A DNA stretch of 64,000 nt from contig NC_068995.1 in the NCBI RefSeq assembly GCF_001194135.2, positions 16,296,418 through 16,360,417 of the forward strand. Reading direction: 5' to 3'. The position numbers were made by a program, and so were the translations under genes. The notes under the pieces are model-generated. The model was not told the DNA's origin, did no database searches, and saw only the letters and a list, made by a program, of their open reading frames with translations. The DNA comes from Octopus bimaculoides (taxonomy: Eukaryota). Each line of letters begins with the position of its first letter. Positions within the stretch are counted from its first letter, which is position 1. Shown here in pieces: positions 1 through 13,230 of this stretch.

Positions 1-354
1 ATAATGATAATAGTGCTGGTGATTCTGTTGAAGTTTTTCAAGATTTGGGGAGAATTCTATTTAATATCACGTGTTGTTCACAAATGTTTTCTTATTTACT
101 TTTGTTTTAAATCATGTGATGTAATGACCATAGTAGTTGCCATTTATCTCAAGGTTAGCCCTAATTCAGCAAAAGTATAACCAAAGACGTTACAGACACG
201 ACCATCTGCTTTTTTTTTTCTATAGGAAAGGATCCAAGAACCATATTATCAAGTGTGTCCTTTCGTAAGACAGCAGGTTGTGATTTGAGAGAGATTTGGG
301 AGCTATTTCTACTCCTTTTGACAATCGTGTCACCCATGTTGGTTCTGGTATGTA

Positions 355-850
355 ATGTAGTGTATTGCATTCCAATTACCGAGCTTTCTTAGAAAGTAAT
401 TTCGTCGAACGGTATCGATGGTTCGCTGCATGTTATCAGAGAAGATATTTATGTCTTCTTTCGCTATACTAATCGGTGAGTGTATTAGTTGGTTTAGGTC
501 ACGACTTGTGAGATTTCTTACTGCTGGGAAATGTGTAGATGAGTACCCTCTGAGAGATTAATGTGATGGACTCTAGGGACACTTGGGCAAGGGGATGGCC
601 AGGACACCAACGCCACCATTACCAGTGTCATCTTCCGTAGAGTGAATCAGCTACCAGCCCTTGCTTGTATCCAGATATCAGACTTTCTCTTCACATCTTC
701 TGTATTCTTGAATGCCAGCGACTGCGATGCCAAGTCTGTTTGTTTCTGCGGTTAGTTCGCCTTGTCTCCAGAGTAAGTTCAGCGTAAGAGCGTTGAAGGA
801 GGCCAGAAGGGCGAGTAGTCTAGGGTTGATCAGAGGACGAATCGGTTTAG
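355..850 (-). mobile_element. Degenerate non-LTR retrotransposon (RTE-like) APE endonuclease, N-terminal half
   Basis: Minus-strand translation with stops and frameshifts: LASFNALTL...ELTAETNRLGIAVAGIQEYRR...GNGGVG...ISQRVLIYTF...SP...FSDNMQRTIDTV...LGNWNA, i.e. APE motifs (FN..TL, QE, GGVG, GDxNA). Confidence 0.85.
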
Positions 851-989
851 ACTAAATTCAAGGGTTGTCATTGTTGCAAGCCCGTTAGAGTTACCCATGT
901 CTGGCGGACATCAGTCGACTCAGAAGTAGTCAGTATGTATTTCATTGGAGTTTTCGTGGCTACGGTCTTGGATCAGCGGTAGGGTGATT

Positions 990-1870
990 TTATGAGATAA
1001 TTTTACGAGACACCACTCGTGTAGATGACCGTTAGCTCACGATGAAGCCATCTTCGGTGACTGGAATGCACGTCTACAGATCTCACAACAAAATCCATGG
1101 GCATTTTCAGGCAAGCCCAAATAATAGCTTCCCAGATTTCCTGCCAGTAGTTGCACTCTTCTCTGCAAATACAGCTTTCCGTAACTGCCTTGACAAACTT
1201 TTTCTGCCCAAACCCCACGCAAAACACGACCACAAATTGGCCACATTTTCATCAAAAGCATCCTGATTTTATTCGAGATTGCAATACCAACACATTTCGT
1301 TCATTCGAATCAGATCATCGGATACTGATTGCCACGATGCAACTGAAGAGCAAAAACCCACCTCAGTATACCTGGTCCTCCATATCCGACCCAGACACTT
1401 ATACATCCTATATTGAAACATGCAAGAATAGACTCACCGAACTAAAAGAAGAACATTCTGACCACTTGGCGGAATACACCACACAATATTCTCGAAGTCT
1501 GTTGCGAAAAATGTCCTGAGAGGATGCCAAAGTTCCGGAAGACTGAAACACTCTAGCAGCCTTGAAACGAGCAAATATAGGGAACTAGATTGCTGCAACA
1601 CTAATGCTGTAGCTGCCTCGTCCTTAGATTTAGCTCAGCAATACAGTGCAAAACAAAAACGAAAAAGAAACGTACATTGAATAGCAAATCAAGAGTATAA
1701 AAGTAGATAACAATAGACAAATCACCACAGTATGGGAGGTCATAAATAATTTGTCTAGTCGCAAATCTTAGCCAGCATAGAATATAAAGGTAAGTAGCTC
1801 GCAATATTGACTAGCTGAGTATCTTTAAAAAGCTACTCAACAGCAACTCAGCTACCACAGACAATTTTGT
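990..1870 (+). mobile_element. Degenerate non-LTR retrotransposon (RTE-like) APE C-terminal half and linker
   Basis: FGDWNARL at 1053-1076; ORF 1151-1519 contains IRDCNT..FRSFESDHRILIA (SDH catalytic motif); downstream WEVINNLSSRKS-like linker. Confidence 0.85.
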
Positions 1871-4800
1871 TGGGACATCAATCTCTTGTTCTCTGTAGTA
1901 TATTGCAATATTTCCGTGTTGTTTATATTAAATACAAAAATAAAAACCTACCTGAGCAAGCCTAAAATCCAAGGTACTACACATACGAGAAGCTTTTTAA
2001 TTAAAAAAAAATATTTTATCATATATAAGACTACATTATTTAATATATCCTTCCTAATTTTAAGACTCTAGAACATTGGGCTGCTATTTGGAATAAGAGC
2101 GTTGAATCTCTCTTGCTGGTTCCTTCTTGTAAATGTATTGCGAACCGACATGCAAGTGCCGTGTTTGTATAACTGTAAGAATCTTAAAGTTTTATAATTC
2201 TTGACTGCATAAAACCTGTAGATAATATTGATTTCTAAAAGAATTATTGATTTCTTTGTGAAGTTTGTTCAGTGATTTACTATTTTTTCTTTAACTTATC
2301 TTTCTTCTTTTTTGTTGATGGTTAGGAAGCTTGAAATATTAGTGTTTCTGTAAAAAAGAAATCATTCGTGCTAGATTATGATTATGTAACGCAAGCTGTG
2401 TTCTAGAGTTATTTGATAATTTGCTAATCTATTTTAAGTAGACCAAAAGTAAATATGTTTGTGCATAAATGACTACAGCTGCTGTTACTGCGAGAAACAA
2501 ATGCAGAGAATTACCAAATATTTTTATTTAGCTCAAAACTTCGAGTTCGGTGTTCGAAGAACAAGTTTAGCTAATACAGTGTCAATTCGACCATCCAGGT
2601 TTCATTAAAACGTCCTACCTAACTACTTCCAGATTGAAGGTACGGAACTTTTTTTAGTTTGGACAATATTATTGTTCTTTCAAAGATCAACAAACATTTT
2701 GAGATATAAATTAGGATCATAAATTCGAATGGATTGAGGCCTGAGTACCTGAAGCCTGAGACATGAAGCCTGAGACATGAAGAATTTTGAAGACATCGTA
2801 TTTTTGTAACAGTAAAGTGAAACCTTAAGTATAGATCTATCATCAGAGCAAGAAGCCGTAAGTGTTATATGACGGTAGAGGACTTTTAAAATCGATAGCT
2901 AGAGGCTTACATTAGCACATGAACTTGGTAAGCTCTGCATGACGTGGATTGTCCAATCCTGTTTTCAATTCGCAACATAAGATGCATTCGTCACAAGTGT
3001 TTCTAACAACTTCTACAGAAAGTAGCAAGTTCTCCTAGCGTCATAATCGTATCGCTCAATGATAACATAAAAGCTTATACAGATGTACGAGAGGATGCTA
3101 TACAGGAACACCTGGTAAGAATATCAGCAGCTATATTATCTTTATCAGTCATGTGGCATATGCCACTATTGTGGGGTGATAATTCAATGTCGCAACGAGG
3201 AGTCCTGCTTCTTTTTATATTTCTTCTACATTTCTGGCTAAATATGGATGAGACTAATTATTGATCAGTGTGTAATATAAAGTGGTCTCTAAGTAGAAAA
3301 GTTCATTTCCCAATACTTTCTATGATAGAAATAGTTTCCTTTTCAGATGACGAGAAATTTGGCTCAAGACGAAACCGGTGTGAAATGACATCCGAAATTG
3401 TAGTTTCAGCAACGTTGATCTCAGCATATAGTAACAATTTATGTAAGGTCAGTACGAAAGAAAGGTATTAACTATTGAAGTTTGAAGCAAATAAAAAGTG
3501 TCTTTTTCTACAATGGTGATGTAGAATTTCGACGGGGGTTGTTTAGTTCCGAGGGAGAAGTCCCCTGTTCAGAGTAGTAACTACATAAAACCAGTCGTCG
3601 TTGATACTATTTAACATGGCTAGGCCTCAGGTAATCAAACAGGGAGTTTTAAGCTTTTTGGATCAGATAGTAGAAAATTATTTTCTCTTTTGTAGCCTAG
3701 GTAACAAATGGATGTTTAGCAGAGAAGATATTTGATGTTATTGTTCAGTGAAATGCTGAGTCTTTTAATAATCGATATAAATTAAGCCAAGTTCCTATTG
3801 TGTTTCTTAATAGGTCTGTCAATGACAATAACATTATCGAGATAGGTACAGACTCCTTTGATTCCTTTGTCAACAATTATAATATTTATCACACATTGAA
3901 CAATACTCACAACATCGGCTTGAAACGTAGCGTAACTCGCATCGTCGTTGTGGAATGGAATCTGATAGTATGCTGCTTTCAGATTCAGTTTGCTGTAAAA
4001 TTTAATGTGGAAAATAGAACGCCTGAGATCTTCAGTATTAGGAAATGGTTAATCTAGAAAACGGTAGCAATTTATCATTTGTGAAGAACCGATAAGAGGG
4101 CGTTGTTTAATACGACTTTTTGCTAATATCACTTCTGTTCAGTATAGAAAAACTGAAGGCTCAATCATGCAATCACCAAGGGGTCATTAAGTTTCTTTAT
4201 CTTTTATCTGTTACTCGTTTCAGACATTGGACTGTGGTCATACTGGGGCATCACCATGAAAGTTTCACTCAAACAAATCGACCCCAGCACTTATTTTTTC
4301 TAAAGTCTGGTGCTTATTCTATCAGTATCTTTTGCCGGATCGCTAAGTTGTAGGGATAGAAACAAGCCAACACTTCCTGTCAAGCAGTGGTGGTAGGAAA
4401 CGCAAATACAAACTCAAATATACACACATTCAAGCACGCACGCACACACACACACACACACATGCTACACATGCTCGCGCGCGCACACTCATATCCGTAT
4501 GTTCCCGAACAGTTTCCGTCTACGAAATTTAGTCAGGACTATAATAGAAGACACTTGCTCAAGTGCTGCATAGTGAGACTGAACCACATGGCTGCAAAGC
4601 GGGCTTCCTAGCCACACAGCCATACCTGCACCTGTTAATAAACATTCCATCACGTCAAAAAAATTAAGCAAGATTGGTTTCAAATTATTTTAATGTTTGG
4701 AAAACGCGAAGACTGTTCACCAATACGAGATTTCAAGCAAGAGTAAAATATTTCAACTCGTCAGAGTGGAAATATATAACAGATTCATATTATGTAAGAC

Positions 4801-6160
4801 AGACTTGTTACAAAATCGTCGAAGGACACAAGGTGAACAAAGCATTAACTGCTTTGTTCAGCTTGTGTTCTTCGATATGCGCTTATTCATATAGATATAA
4901 AAACAACAAATAATAGCTTATTTAAGTCTTGTATTTGGTTTGCAAGATTCTTGATTTGAACTCGTGTGCTGAAACAGATCTTTCTGAATCTATGGAGGGT
5001 CATTATGTCAATACTAAACACATACACTGGCTCTAGTTCACTTCTTTTATCAATACAAGGCGGTGAGCTGGCAGAAACATTCGCATGCCGAGCAAAATGA
5101 ACAATTCTCAACCACGGCTATGTATAGGCGCGGGCATGGCTGTGTAAAGATGTTCGATTTGCAACTATGAAGTGGTTTGTGTTCCAGTCCCACAGCGTAA
5201 AATTCTGGATGTCTTCTTTTGTAGCCCCGGCTCGACCAATGTCTTGTGAATGAAATTGGTTGACGGAAACTGTATGGAAGCCCGTCGTATATATGTGTAT
5301 ATGCATGTTTGTGTTTGTGCGTGTGCATGTGTGTGTATGAGTTTGCATTTGCGTTTGTGTCTACCTCAACGTAGTGACAACTGTTGTTGGTTTATTTACA
5401 TCTCTGTGAACTAGCGGTTCGGCAAAAGAAAGTGATGAAATAAGTACCAGTTATTTTTAACAAATGAGTACTGGGTTCCAATTATTTGACTAAACCCTTT
5501 AAGGTAGTGCCCCAGTATGATCGGATCAATTAACAGATAAAAGATAAAGGGTGATGATTATGTTGAATATGGTCAGATGAAATCTCAGAAAGAAATGAAT
5601 CTCTAATGCTCTCCTCTCGGTATACATCAGCGGTTATAGCCCGAAATTTACAGTTTTTGGCGAGGCTGCATAGATTCTGTGATATAAATTTCAATGTCTT
5701 CACTTGTTTACTGTGTTTCGTGACTGCAATTTGAATTTGCGAAAATTGTATTCTGCCGTTTAATGAAGATGCGGAAAGAGAGTAATATAGTCGATACAAT
5801 CCATAATACGACTGAAAATTGAATGTGAGATGACATTAATAAGCAGAATGAGTCTTTGTTGTTCATAGAGAGATGTGGTCAAAGAAAATTCTCCATTGTT
5901 GCTTTTAATGTTATGCTTCTCTACGGAAAAAGCAGCGAGTTGGCAGGATTGTAAACGCCTTGGACAAAACGCTTAGCGTCATTTTGCTCTAGCTCTTTAC
6001 GTTTTGAGTTCCAATTCCGCCGAGGTTAACAGACCTTGGCAGAATTGCCTTTCGTCATTTCGCGGTCGATAAAATAAAATACTAGTCGATTCCTGGGGGT
6101 CGATGTAATCAACTAACGCCTCCCCACTAAAGTTGTTGCGATTGTGCTGAAATTTGAAAC

Positions 6161-6893
6161 AATATTTGGAGCTTCTTCAAAAACGCACCTCTTTAATTAA
6201 ATCAAAGGCAATGAAGAAAAAAGTTATGAAAATGGATAATATATACAAAATAAATGATGAATGCAAAAAGTTAGAAAGATTCATCCATTTTCAAATGTTT
6301 TATATTAAAAAATAAAACAGAAACGGGAAACAGGTACTCGTGGGTATATAAACAAACATGTCGAACAATACAAGGGGCAGTAATTTACTTTTTAAGGTTT
6401 GGGTTGGTTTTAGGGTTGGGGTTAGTGTTAGGGATAGGGTTAGGGTTAGAGCTAGGGTTAGGGTTAGTGTTAGGGTTAGGGTTAGTGCTAGGGTTAGGGT
6501 TAAGGTTCGTTTTAGGGTTGAGGTTAGGGTTAAGGTTAGTGTTAGGTTTAAGGTTAAAGTTAAGGATAGGGTTAGTTTCAGGGTTGGGGTTAGGGGAAAG
6601 ATTAGGGTTAGGGTTAGGGTTAGTGTTAAGGTTAGGGCTAGAGTTAGGGTTAGTTAGGGTTAGGGTATCATTAATAATACCTGATTGGTTAAAGTAGGTT
6701 ACCGCCCCTTGTATTCACATTCTACGAGTTTCTGTTTTATTCTTTAGTGTAAAATATTTAAAAATATGGAAGAATCTTTCTAATTTTTTGCATACATCAT
6801 TTATCTTGTATATATTTTCCATTTTCATAACTTTCTTCTTCATTGCATTTGATTTAATTGGAGAGGTGCGTTTCTAAAGAAGCGACCAATATT
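6161..6893. mobile_element. Fold-back/MITE-like element: ~200-bp inverted arms enclosing a degenerate (TTAGGG)n core
   Basis: Left arm 6161-6383 is the reverse complement of right arm 6699-6893 along its length (e.g. AAACGCACCTCT..AATTAAATCAAA.GCAATGAAGAA.AAAGTTATGAAAATGGA..AATACAAGGGGC.GTAA); the left arm has ~30 extra bp. Confidence 0.85.
6395..6666 (+). repeat. Interstitial telomere-like array, ~45 degenerate TTAGGG hexamers
   Basis: TTAGGG interspersed with TTAGTG, CTAGGG, TTAAGG and TTGGGG variants; explains the VR- and GL-rich ORFs. Confidence 0.95.
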
Positions 6894-7230
6894 TCATTAC
6901 CGAAAAACGTAGGCTGGTGTATTTTTTTTTTTTACTGAACTTGTGTAAATAGGTGTTTTCAAGTTTGAAGTTAAGTATATTGTTGTGATAAGAAACAAGC
7001 ACCGAGAATAAAATCGTTCGATTTATTTAGTTTAACCGTTCAACTTCAGTATTTCAGATGCAAGTGTAAGGTATGTACACCTCGATAAAAAGCAACAATA
7101 TTGATTTATTGTAGATAAGTTACATAAGAAATTAAACTTAACCGATATATGAGTAAATAAATTTGTGTAAGGAATGCTCTCTAAAGAGATTTTTACGATA
7201 ACATTAGAATTAATGTAATAGGCATGAGAA

Positions 7231-7277
<47 letters not shown>

Positions 7278-9432
7278 GAAAGAGAGAGAGAAAGATAAAG
7301 AGACAGACTCTTTTTAGAAAATTTTAAAGGTGTTTATTTTTTAAAAGGAAAAATAACTTAGGAAAAAACTATAATAACTTAATGTATATTTTAACTATGA
7401 TAATAATTACCGAAAAGGAACTCAACAAAATCGATATTATTATTCTTCGCTTCAAAAGGCACAAAAACGTTCTAAAATAAGACATTTTTATTGTAATTTA
7501 GAATTATTGTTGTCTATCTCAATAATGATATTAGATAACGCACTTACGGGCGACGAGTTAGCAGAGCCGCTACAGCATTGGATTGGATGTTCTGCATTAT
7601 TTGTTACAAAGCTTTGCACTCTGAGTTCATATCTCAGCGAGATCAAGATTGCCTTTTATCTTTTCGAGGTCGATAAAAATATACCGCTGCATAATGGTGG
7701 TTGGTGCAAGTGTAAGAACGTTGTACTGGATTCCTTGCGTTATTTGTTCCGGATCTTTGCGTTCGAAGTTAAAGTGCAATTCCCTTGACTGAGTTCGTAG
7801 ATAAACTTAATGTGTCGCTCGGTGTAACATTATCACATAGCACGGTGTGTGCCTTTAATGAACTCCACTCTGTTGTCTCCCTCTCACCTGTTTCCTTTAC
7901 AAGTCCTTTGACCGAAGGCGTTCTATCCATGACCTTTATTATGTATCTAGGACCGTTATTATGTATCTGAGGTATTATGTATCTAGGGCTACATCATTCG
8001 TTTCCGAAGCAATAAGATGAAATTTGAAGTTGGTTTGGCAAATGTTGATAATGATACTGGTGTGCGTTGAGTTAATAAGCGTGGTGAATTTTGTAATGGC
8101 ATTCATAGATATGTTGGGGAGGAAAGTTTTAATCTGAATGTTTTTGTAATATATTATTGGTATTAGTTTATGATTATGCATAATGCAAGATGCGTACAGC
8201 ATTTTGAATTATTTGATCTTTTCATATATTCTCGGGAGAACAAAGGTAAAAATATTCATACATCAATTTTTAGAGACAGTTACAGAAGAAATTATCATTT
8301 ATCAATATTTTAACGAAGCTTTTAGAGAAATACATTCAATAGTTCTTGAATTCATTGTGCAAGGAATGCACTGATAAAAGATTTTTAAGATTTAACTAAC
8401 TTTGAAGAAAGAAAGAAATAATTATATGAATAAATAAATATTTTTATAAATTTGTTCTTACTATTTTGAAGGCATTTTCAAAAGGAGCGATATTTTATGA
8501 AACGAATTTACGATGCTTTTATGCGTATCTTAATTCTGACAATTATTACGAAGTTCAAACCACATCGAACAAGAAAAGAACTGAACGGGAACGAATTTGC
8601 GATTCTATGATTCTAAAGATTTTGTGTTTTATCTGTGGCTTTTTCACACAAAATTATTTCTAAACAAAGCTACTTTTACTATAATTTTTTTTTTAGAAAA
8701 AGATGGACATATGTTATTTTCTCAAAAGCAGAAACCAAACTTTTACCTTCCTAAGTTAAAGATACTCTCTTAACAAATAATATATGTATGTTTCTATGTC
8801 TGTGAAAGACGAATTTAACAAATAATTCCTTCTATTATAGGCATAAGGCCCGATATTTTTTTGGCGGTGGGGACGGATAGTCGATTACATAGTTCCCAGT
8901 GCTCAACTAGTGCGTATTTTATCCATTTCGAGAGAACGGAAAGCAAAGTCAACCTCGGCGGAATTTGAACTTAGATCGTAAACCGAAAGAAATGCCGCTA
9001 AATATTTCTGCTCGACGCGCCAATGCTTCTACCAGTTCGCCGCCTTAAAATTTAGCAAATACTAAAAAGAAAGTAAAATTTCAGTTGCAGAAAGTTTAGC
9101 AAATTTTAGATTCCTGTACCTTATATGTATACCATTCTGCCTAAATAATGAAACTGAAGATAAAATATCCCTGCATATCTCACGTCTATTTTCATTCCTT
9201 NNNNNNNNNNNNNNNNNNNNNNNNNNNNNNNNNNNNNNNNNNNNNNNNNNNNNNNNNNNNNNNNNNNNNNNNNNNNNNNNNNNNNNNNNNNNNNNNNNNN
9301 NNNNNNNNNNNNNNNNNNNNNNNNNNNNNNNNNNNNNNNNNNNNNNNNNNNNNNNNNNNNNNNNNNNNNNNNNNNNNNNNNNNNNNNNNNNNNNNNNNNN
9401 NNNNNNNNNNNNNNNNNNNNNNNNNNNNNNNN

Positions 9433-9630
9433 TCCTGGTTTTAAGATTTTCGCGGAAGTCCTGGTTGGAGACCCAACATTCTGAGTTCTTTTACAGGACT
9501 TAGAGAAACTGAAGGACCACTGCAATAAGTGTATGAATCTGAGAAGTGAATACGTTGAATAAAATCATAATTAACTGAACCTCCCGTATTTTCTTTTACC
9601 CAAAACCAGGAACCTTTCGGCACTCCATCG
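9433..9630 (+). mobile_element. Short non-autonomous mariner derivative retaining the transposase C-terminal peptide
   Basis: LEKLKDHCNKCMNLRSEYVE* (mariner KL..RW.KC....G.YVE* pattern) followed by a TIR-like end CCAGGAACCTTTCGGCACTCCATCG; left end in gap; same family as 57508. Confidence 0.7.
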
Positions 9631-10450
9631 CATAAAGTAAAATAAGTTTCAAATTTTGGTACAAGGCCAGAAATTTTGGTGGAAGGGGTAAGTTGCTTAC
9701 AATACTTATTTTTCGATCCCGAAGAGGATGAAAAGCAAAGTTGACCCCGGCGGAATTTGAACCCAGAACGTAAAGATGGATGAAGTACAGTTAAGCATTT
9801 TGCCCGGCGTGCTAACGATTCTACCAGCTCGCTGTCAAGATGTATAATGTAATATTACCATGCATGAATATAAAACTAACTTATTAACATACTTAAATGA
9901 GCAACATTGTTCAGTTTGTCAGTTTTGTTTTCTGTGATGGTACAAATATAAATTGGAGCCTTTTTAAGATTCATTAAAAGGCAACAGTTCTAGAAATCCA
10001 TATGAATCTAAAACAATGTTATTAACATACACGAAATGACAGAACAATTAGAGTAACATACATAAAGGTACTGCACTTGTTATTAACATACATCAATGTA
10101 CAATATGTTGATATATGAATATTAATGGCACGGATATGCCCGTTATCTTGGGTTAGATCTAATTATAATATACAGATGGTTAAACATCTAAATGCAGTGG
10201 AAATGACATAATCTAGTTGTACAGATAATGCATAAACTTAGCATATAACGGCATGGGACCACATTGTTTGAAATTGCCATGTGTTGTGATGAGAGACACG
10301 ATGCTCCCTTGCGAGAAATAGACTGGACAGAGCGATTATAAATAGTAGTGGTCGGAGTGAAGTTTGCGTGTTAGTTCGAGTTGAGTTCGCAGTGAAGTCG
10401 GAAAGTGTCGGTTGGTTAGTTCGTTGGGAATATTGATAGTTGGTTCGTGA

Positions 10451-10832
10451 GTGGAGGCCCAGAGGTTAGGGCAGCGGACTCGCGATCATAGGATCGCGGT
10501 TTCGATTCCCAAACCGGGCGTTGTGAGTGTTTATTGAGCGAAAACACCTAAAGCTCCACGAGGCTCCGGCAGGGGATGGTGGCGAACCCTGCTGTACTCT
10601 TTCACCACAACTTTCTCTCACTCTTACTTCCTGTTTCTGTTGTGCTTGTAATTCAAAGGGCCAGCCGTGTCACACTGTGTCACGCTGAATATCCCCGAAA
10701 ACTACGTAAAGGGTACAGGTGTCTGTGGAGTGCTCAGCCACTTGCACGTTAATTTCACGAGCAGGCTGTTCCGTTGATCGGATCAACTGGAACCATCGCT
10801 ATCGTAACCGACGGAGTGCCAACAACAACAAC
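10451..10832 (+). mobile_element. SINE family A, full-length copy with 13-bp TSD
   Basis: tRNA-like head (GGTTTCGATTCCC B box), (CAA)n tail, TSD AGTTGGTTCGTGA at 10438-10450 and 10833-10845; near-identical to the minus-strand copy at 29 kb. Confidence 0.92.
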
Positions 10833-12913
10833 AGTTGGTTCGTGAAGAGATTGTTGGATAGTTACGTTATTACGGCTGCATGTATGTATGTATTTATGTA
10901 TCTATGTATGGACGAATGGATAAATGTGTGGGTATGTGTAACCAACACTCCCGACCCCTCTTTCTAATATCTGCCACACCAACCGTTTCTCTTCTAGCCA
11001 TCCTACCTCACAATTCATTCCTCCCTCTCTGTCTCTCCCAATTACTGCCGTTACTTAGGCAGTAGCCTCGCAGAATCATTACCGTGCTGGGAAATATTTT
11101 TAGCGACATTCCGTTCGCTTTTACGTTCTGAGTTCAAATTTCGTGGAGGTCTGATTTGACGTTGTCTTCCATCCTTTCGGGGTTGATAAAATTGCCGGCC
11201 TTGTGCCAAAATTTGAAGCCAATCTCTGCGATTACGTCCTCCTCTCCTTCACTACTCCACCCTAGAACCCATTCATTTCTTCACTTCCATTGGTCATTAC
11301 AGCACTCTACCAAACAGTATCTAAAACATCAAAGATAATCAAACTTACCAACTTCGTAATCCTGTATTCTTATAAAGCAATTAACACCATATTTTTCTCT
11401 TATACTCATAAACTCAACTACCAAACGTGCCAAAATAATATCTATATCTGTAACAGCAGCTTTGTATGGTAAGAATGGTACACCCACCACTATATCTCTT
11501 CAAACAGGGCATATAATCTTTTCTACTCTAGACACAAGGCCAGAAATTTTGGGGAAGCGGGACCAGTCGATTAGATCGACCCCAGTAGGTAACTGGTACT
11601 TAATTTATCGACCCCGAAAGGATGAAAGGCAAAGTCGACTTTGGCGGAATTTGAACTCAGAACGTAAAGACAGACGTAATACCGCTAAGTATTTCGCTCG
11701 GCGTCCTAATGTTTCTGACTGCTCGCCGCCTTAAACATGGCATATAATAACATCTGATCACATTTCTTGATGACTAAAATACGAAGATGAAATCAGTCAA
11801 TACCACAAGTATTAATTTATCCTTCAAGACTCAAATAAAGACTTTATATTCAACCAACTGAGGGTTCTGATGGTCCTCTGGATTGCTATGCAATAATCGT
11901 TGGTAAAATATCATCCCTTATGTTCTGCTTGCTTCAGTTTGTCTGTAATAGTACAGAATTAAATAAATTTGTTCTTCATTTCCAAACAAGTAGAAGTTGC
12001 AATCAACCTCCCTCGGACTACACATTACATTATTTGAAACAGAAAAACTAATAGAAAAAAAAAATGAACACTCCATGCTGTATCTCTGAAAAAGTCGGTA
12101 TGAATACAGTTGGAAAACGTGTAACCAGGGCTGACCTGAACTAAACAAACAACGTCTTCACATGATACTGATGTCCATTATAATTCGATTTAGATCTTGG
12201 AGGTTTTATAAAAGTATTTAATCGATTCCAATACTTGGAAGGTATTGTATTTTATTTTATCGATCTTGGAAAGATAAAAGGCAAATTTTATCTCGGTAGG
12301 ATTAGAACACGGAAATTTTAAAACGCCATAGCCAAATGCTGAGACATTTTGTCCATCGCTTAACTGATTCTAAGAGTAATCGATATAATTCATGATGTCT
12401 GTTATTAGTCTAAGGTGGTAATAGATATTGATGATAACAACACCAACGCGTCTCTACGTTGGTTAATCGATTTGCTGGACATATCGCTAAAAACACCATA
12501 AATAATACACATTACATTACAAAATGCAGGGCCGGGGCTGGGGTGTATGCCTAAAAAAGAAAAGGATAGATGGAGCGATTAGGGCTGAAATGTCTTTGAT
12601 TATGGCTTTGCTCAATCAGGGCGGATTTAAGGGGATTAATAACAGTAAAGGAATATAGATAATCTTGGTAAAAAAAATATTTGCTCTGTCGGTGGAATAC
12701 TATATATAGATCAATTATTTGTTTCTGTCATTAACCTGCGGCCACGCTGGGGCACTAAAATTCTTCAAGACAGTTGTCTTGAAGAAATTTAGTGGAATGA
12801 ATCAACCACCGCCACTTTCTTAAGCCTGTTCTTTATTCTAGCCGTCTCTTTTGCCGAACCGCTAATTTACAGGGACGTAAACACACCAAAACCGGTTGAC
12901 TAGCGGTGGCAGG

Positions 12914-12962
<49 letters not shown>

Positions 12963-13189
12963 NNNNNNNNNNNNNNNNNNNNNNNNNNNNNNNNNNNNNN
13001 NNNNNNNNNNNNNNNNNNNNNNNNNNNNNNNNNNNNNNNNNNNNNNNNNNNNNNNNNNNNNNNNNNNNNNNNNNNNNNNNNNNNNNNNNNNNNNNNNNNN
13101 NNNNNNNNNNNNNNNNNNNNNNNNNNNNNNNNNNNNNNNNNNNNNNNNNNNNNNNNNNNNNNNNNNNNNNNNNNNNNNNNNNNNNNNNN

Positions 13190-13230
<41 letters not shown>

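Noticed and set aside
3340-3385. CAGATGA...GAAACCGGTG resembling a hammerhead
   Set aside because: Position 4 is A, position 17 is G, and stem I does not pair in register.
3083-3447. Possible + strand exons 3083-3114 and 3347-3447 with AG/GT ends
   Set aside because: Peptides resemble nothing recognisable, no further exons chain convincingly, and such sites occur by chance.
6358-6697. ORFs rich in VR and GL dipeptides
   Set aside because: They are translations of the degenerate TTAGGG array; no other coding evidence.
7930-7990. Three copies of TATTATGTATCT with short variable spacers
   Set aside because: Too short and AT-rich to be more than a slippage duplication.
10451-10520. tRNA genes at SINE heads (also ~29350-29425 and 39287-39355)
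   Set aside because: They have A/B boxes but no complete acceptor stem, and they continue into SINE bodies with TSDs.
10280-10880. Possible solo LTR hosting the SINE-A insertion (TATA-like TATAAATA, TG...CA)
   Set aside because: No convincing TSD, second LTR, PBS or PPT.
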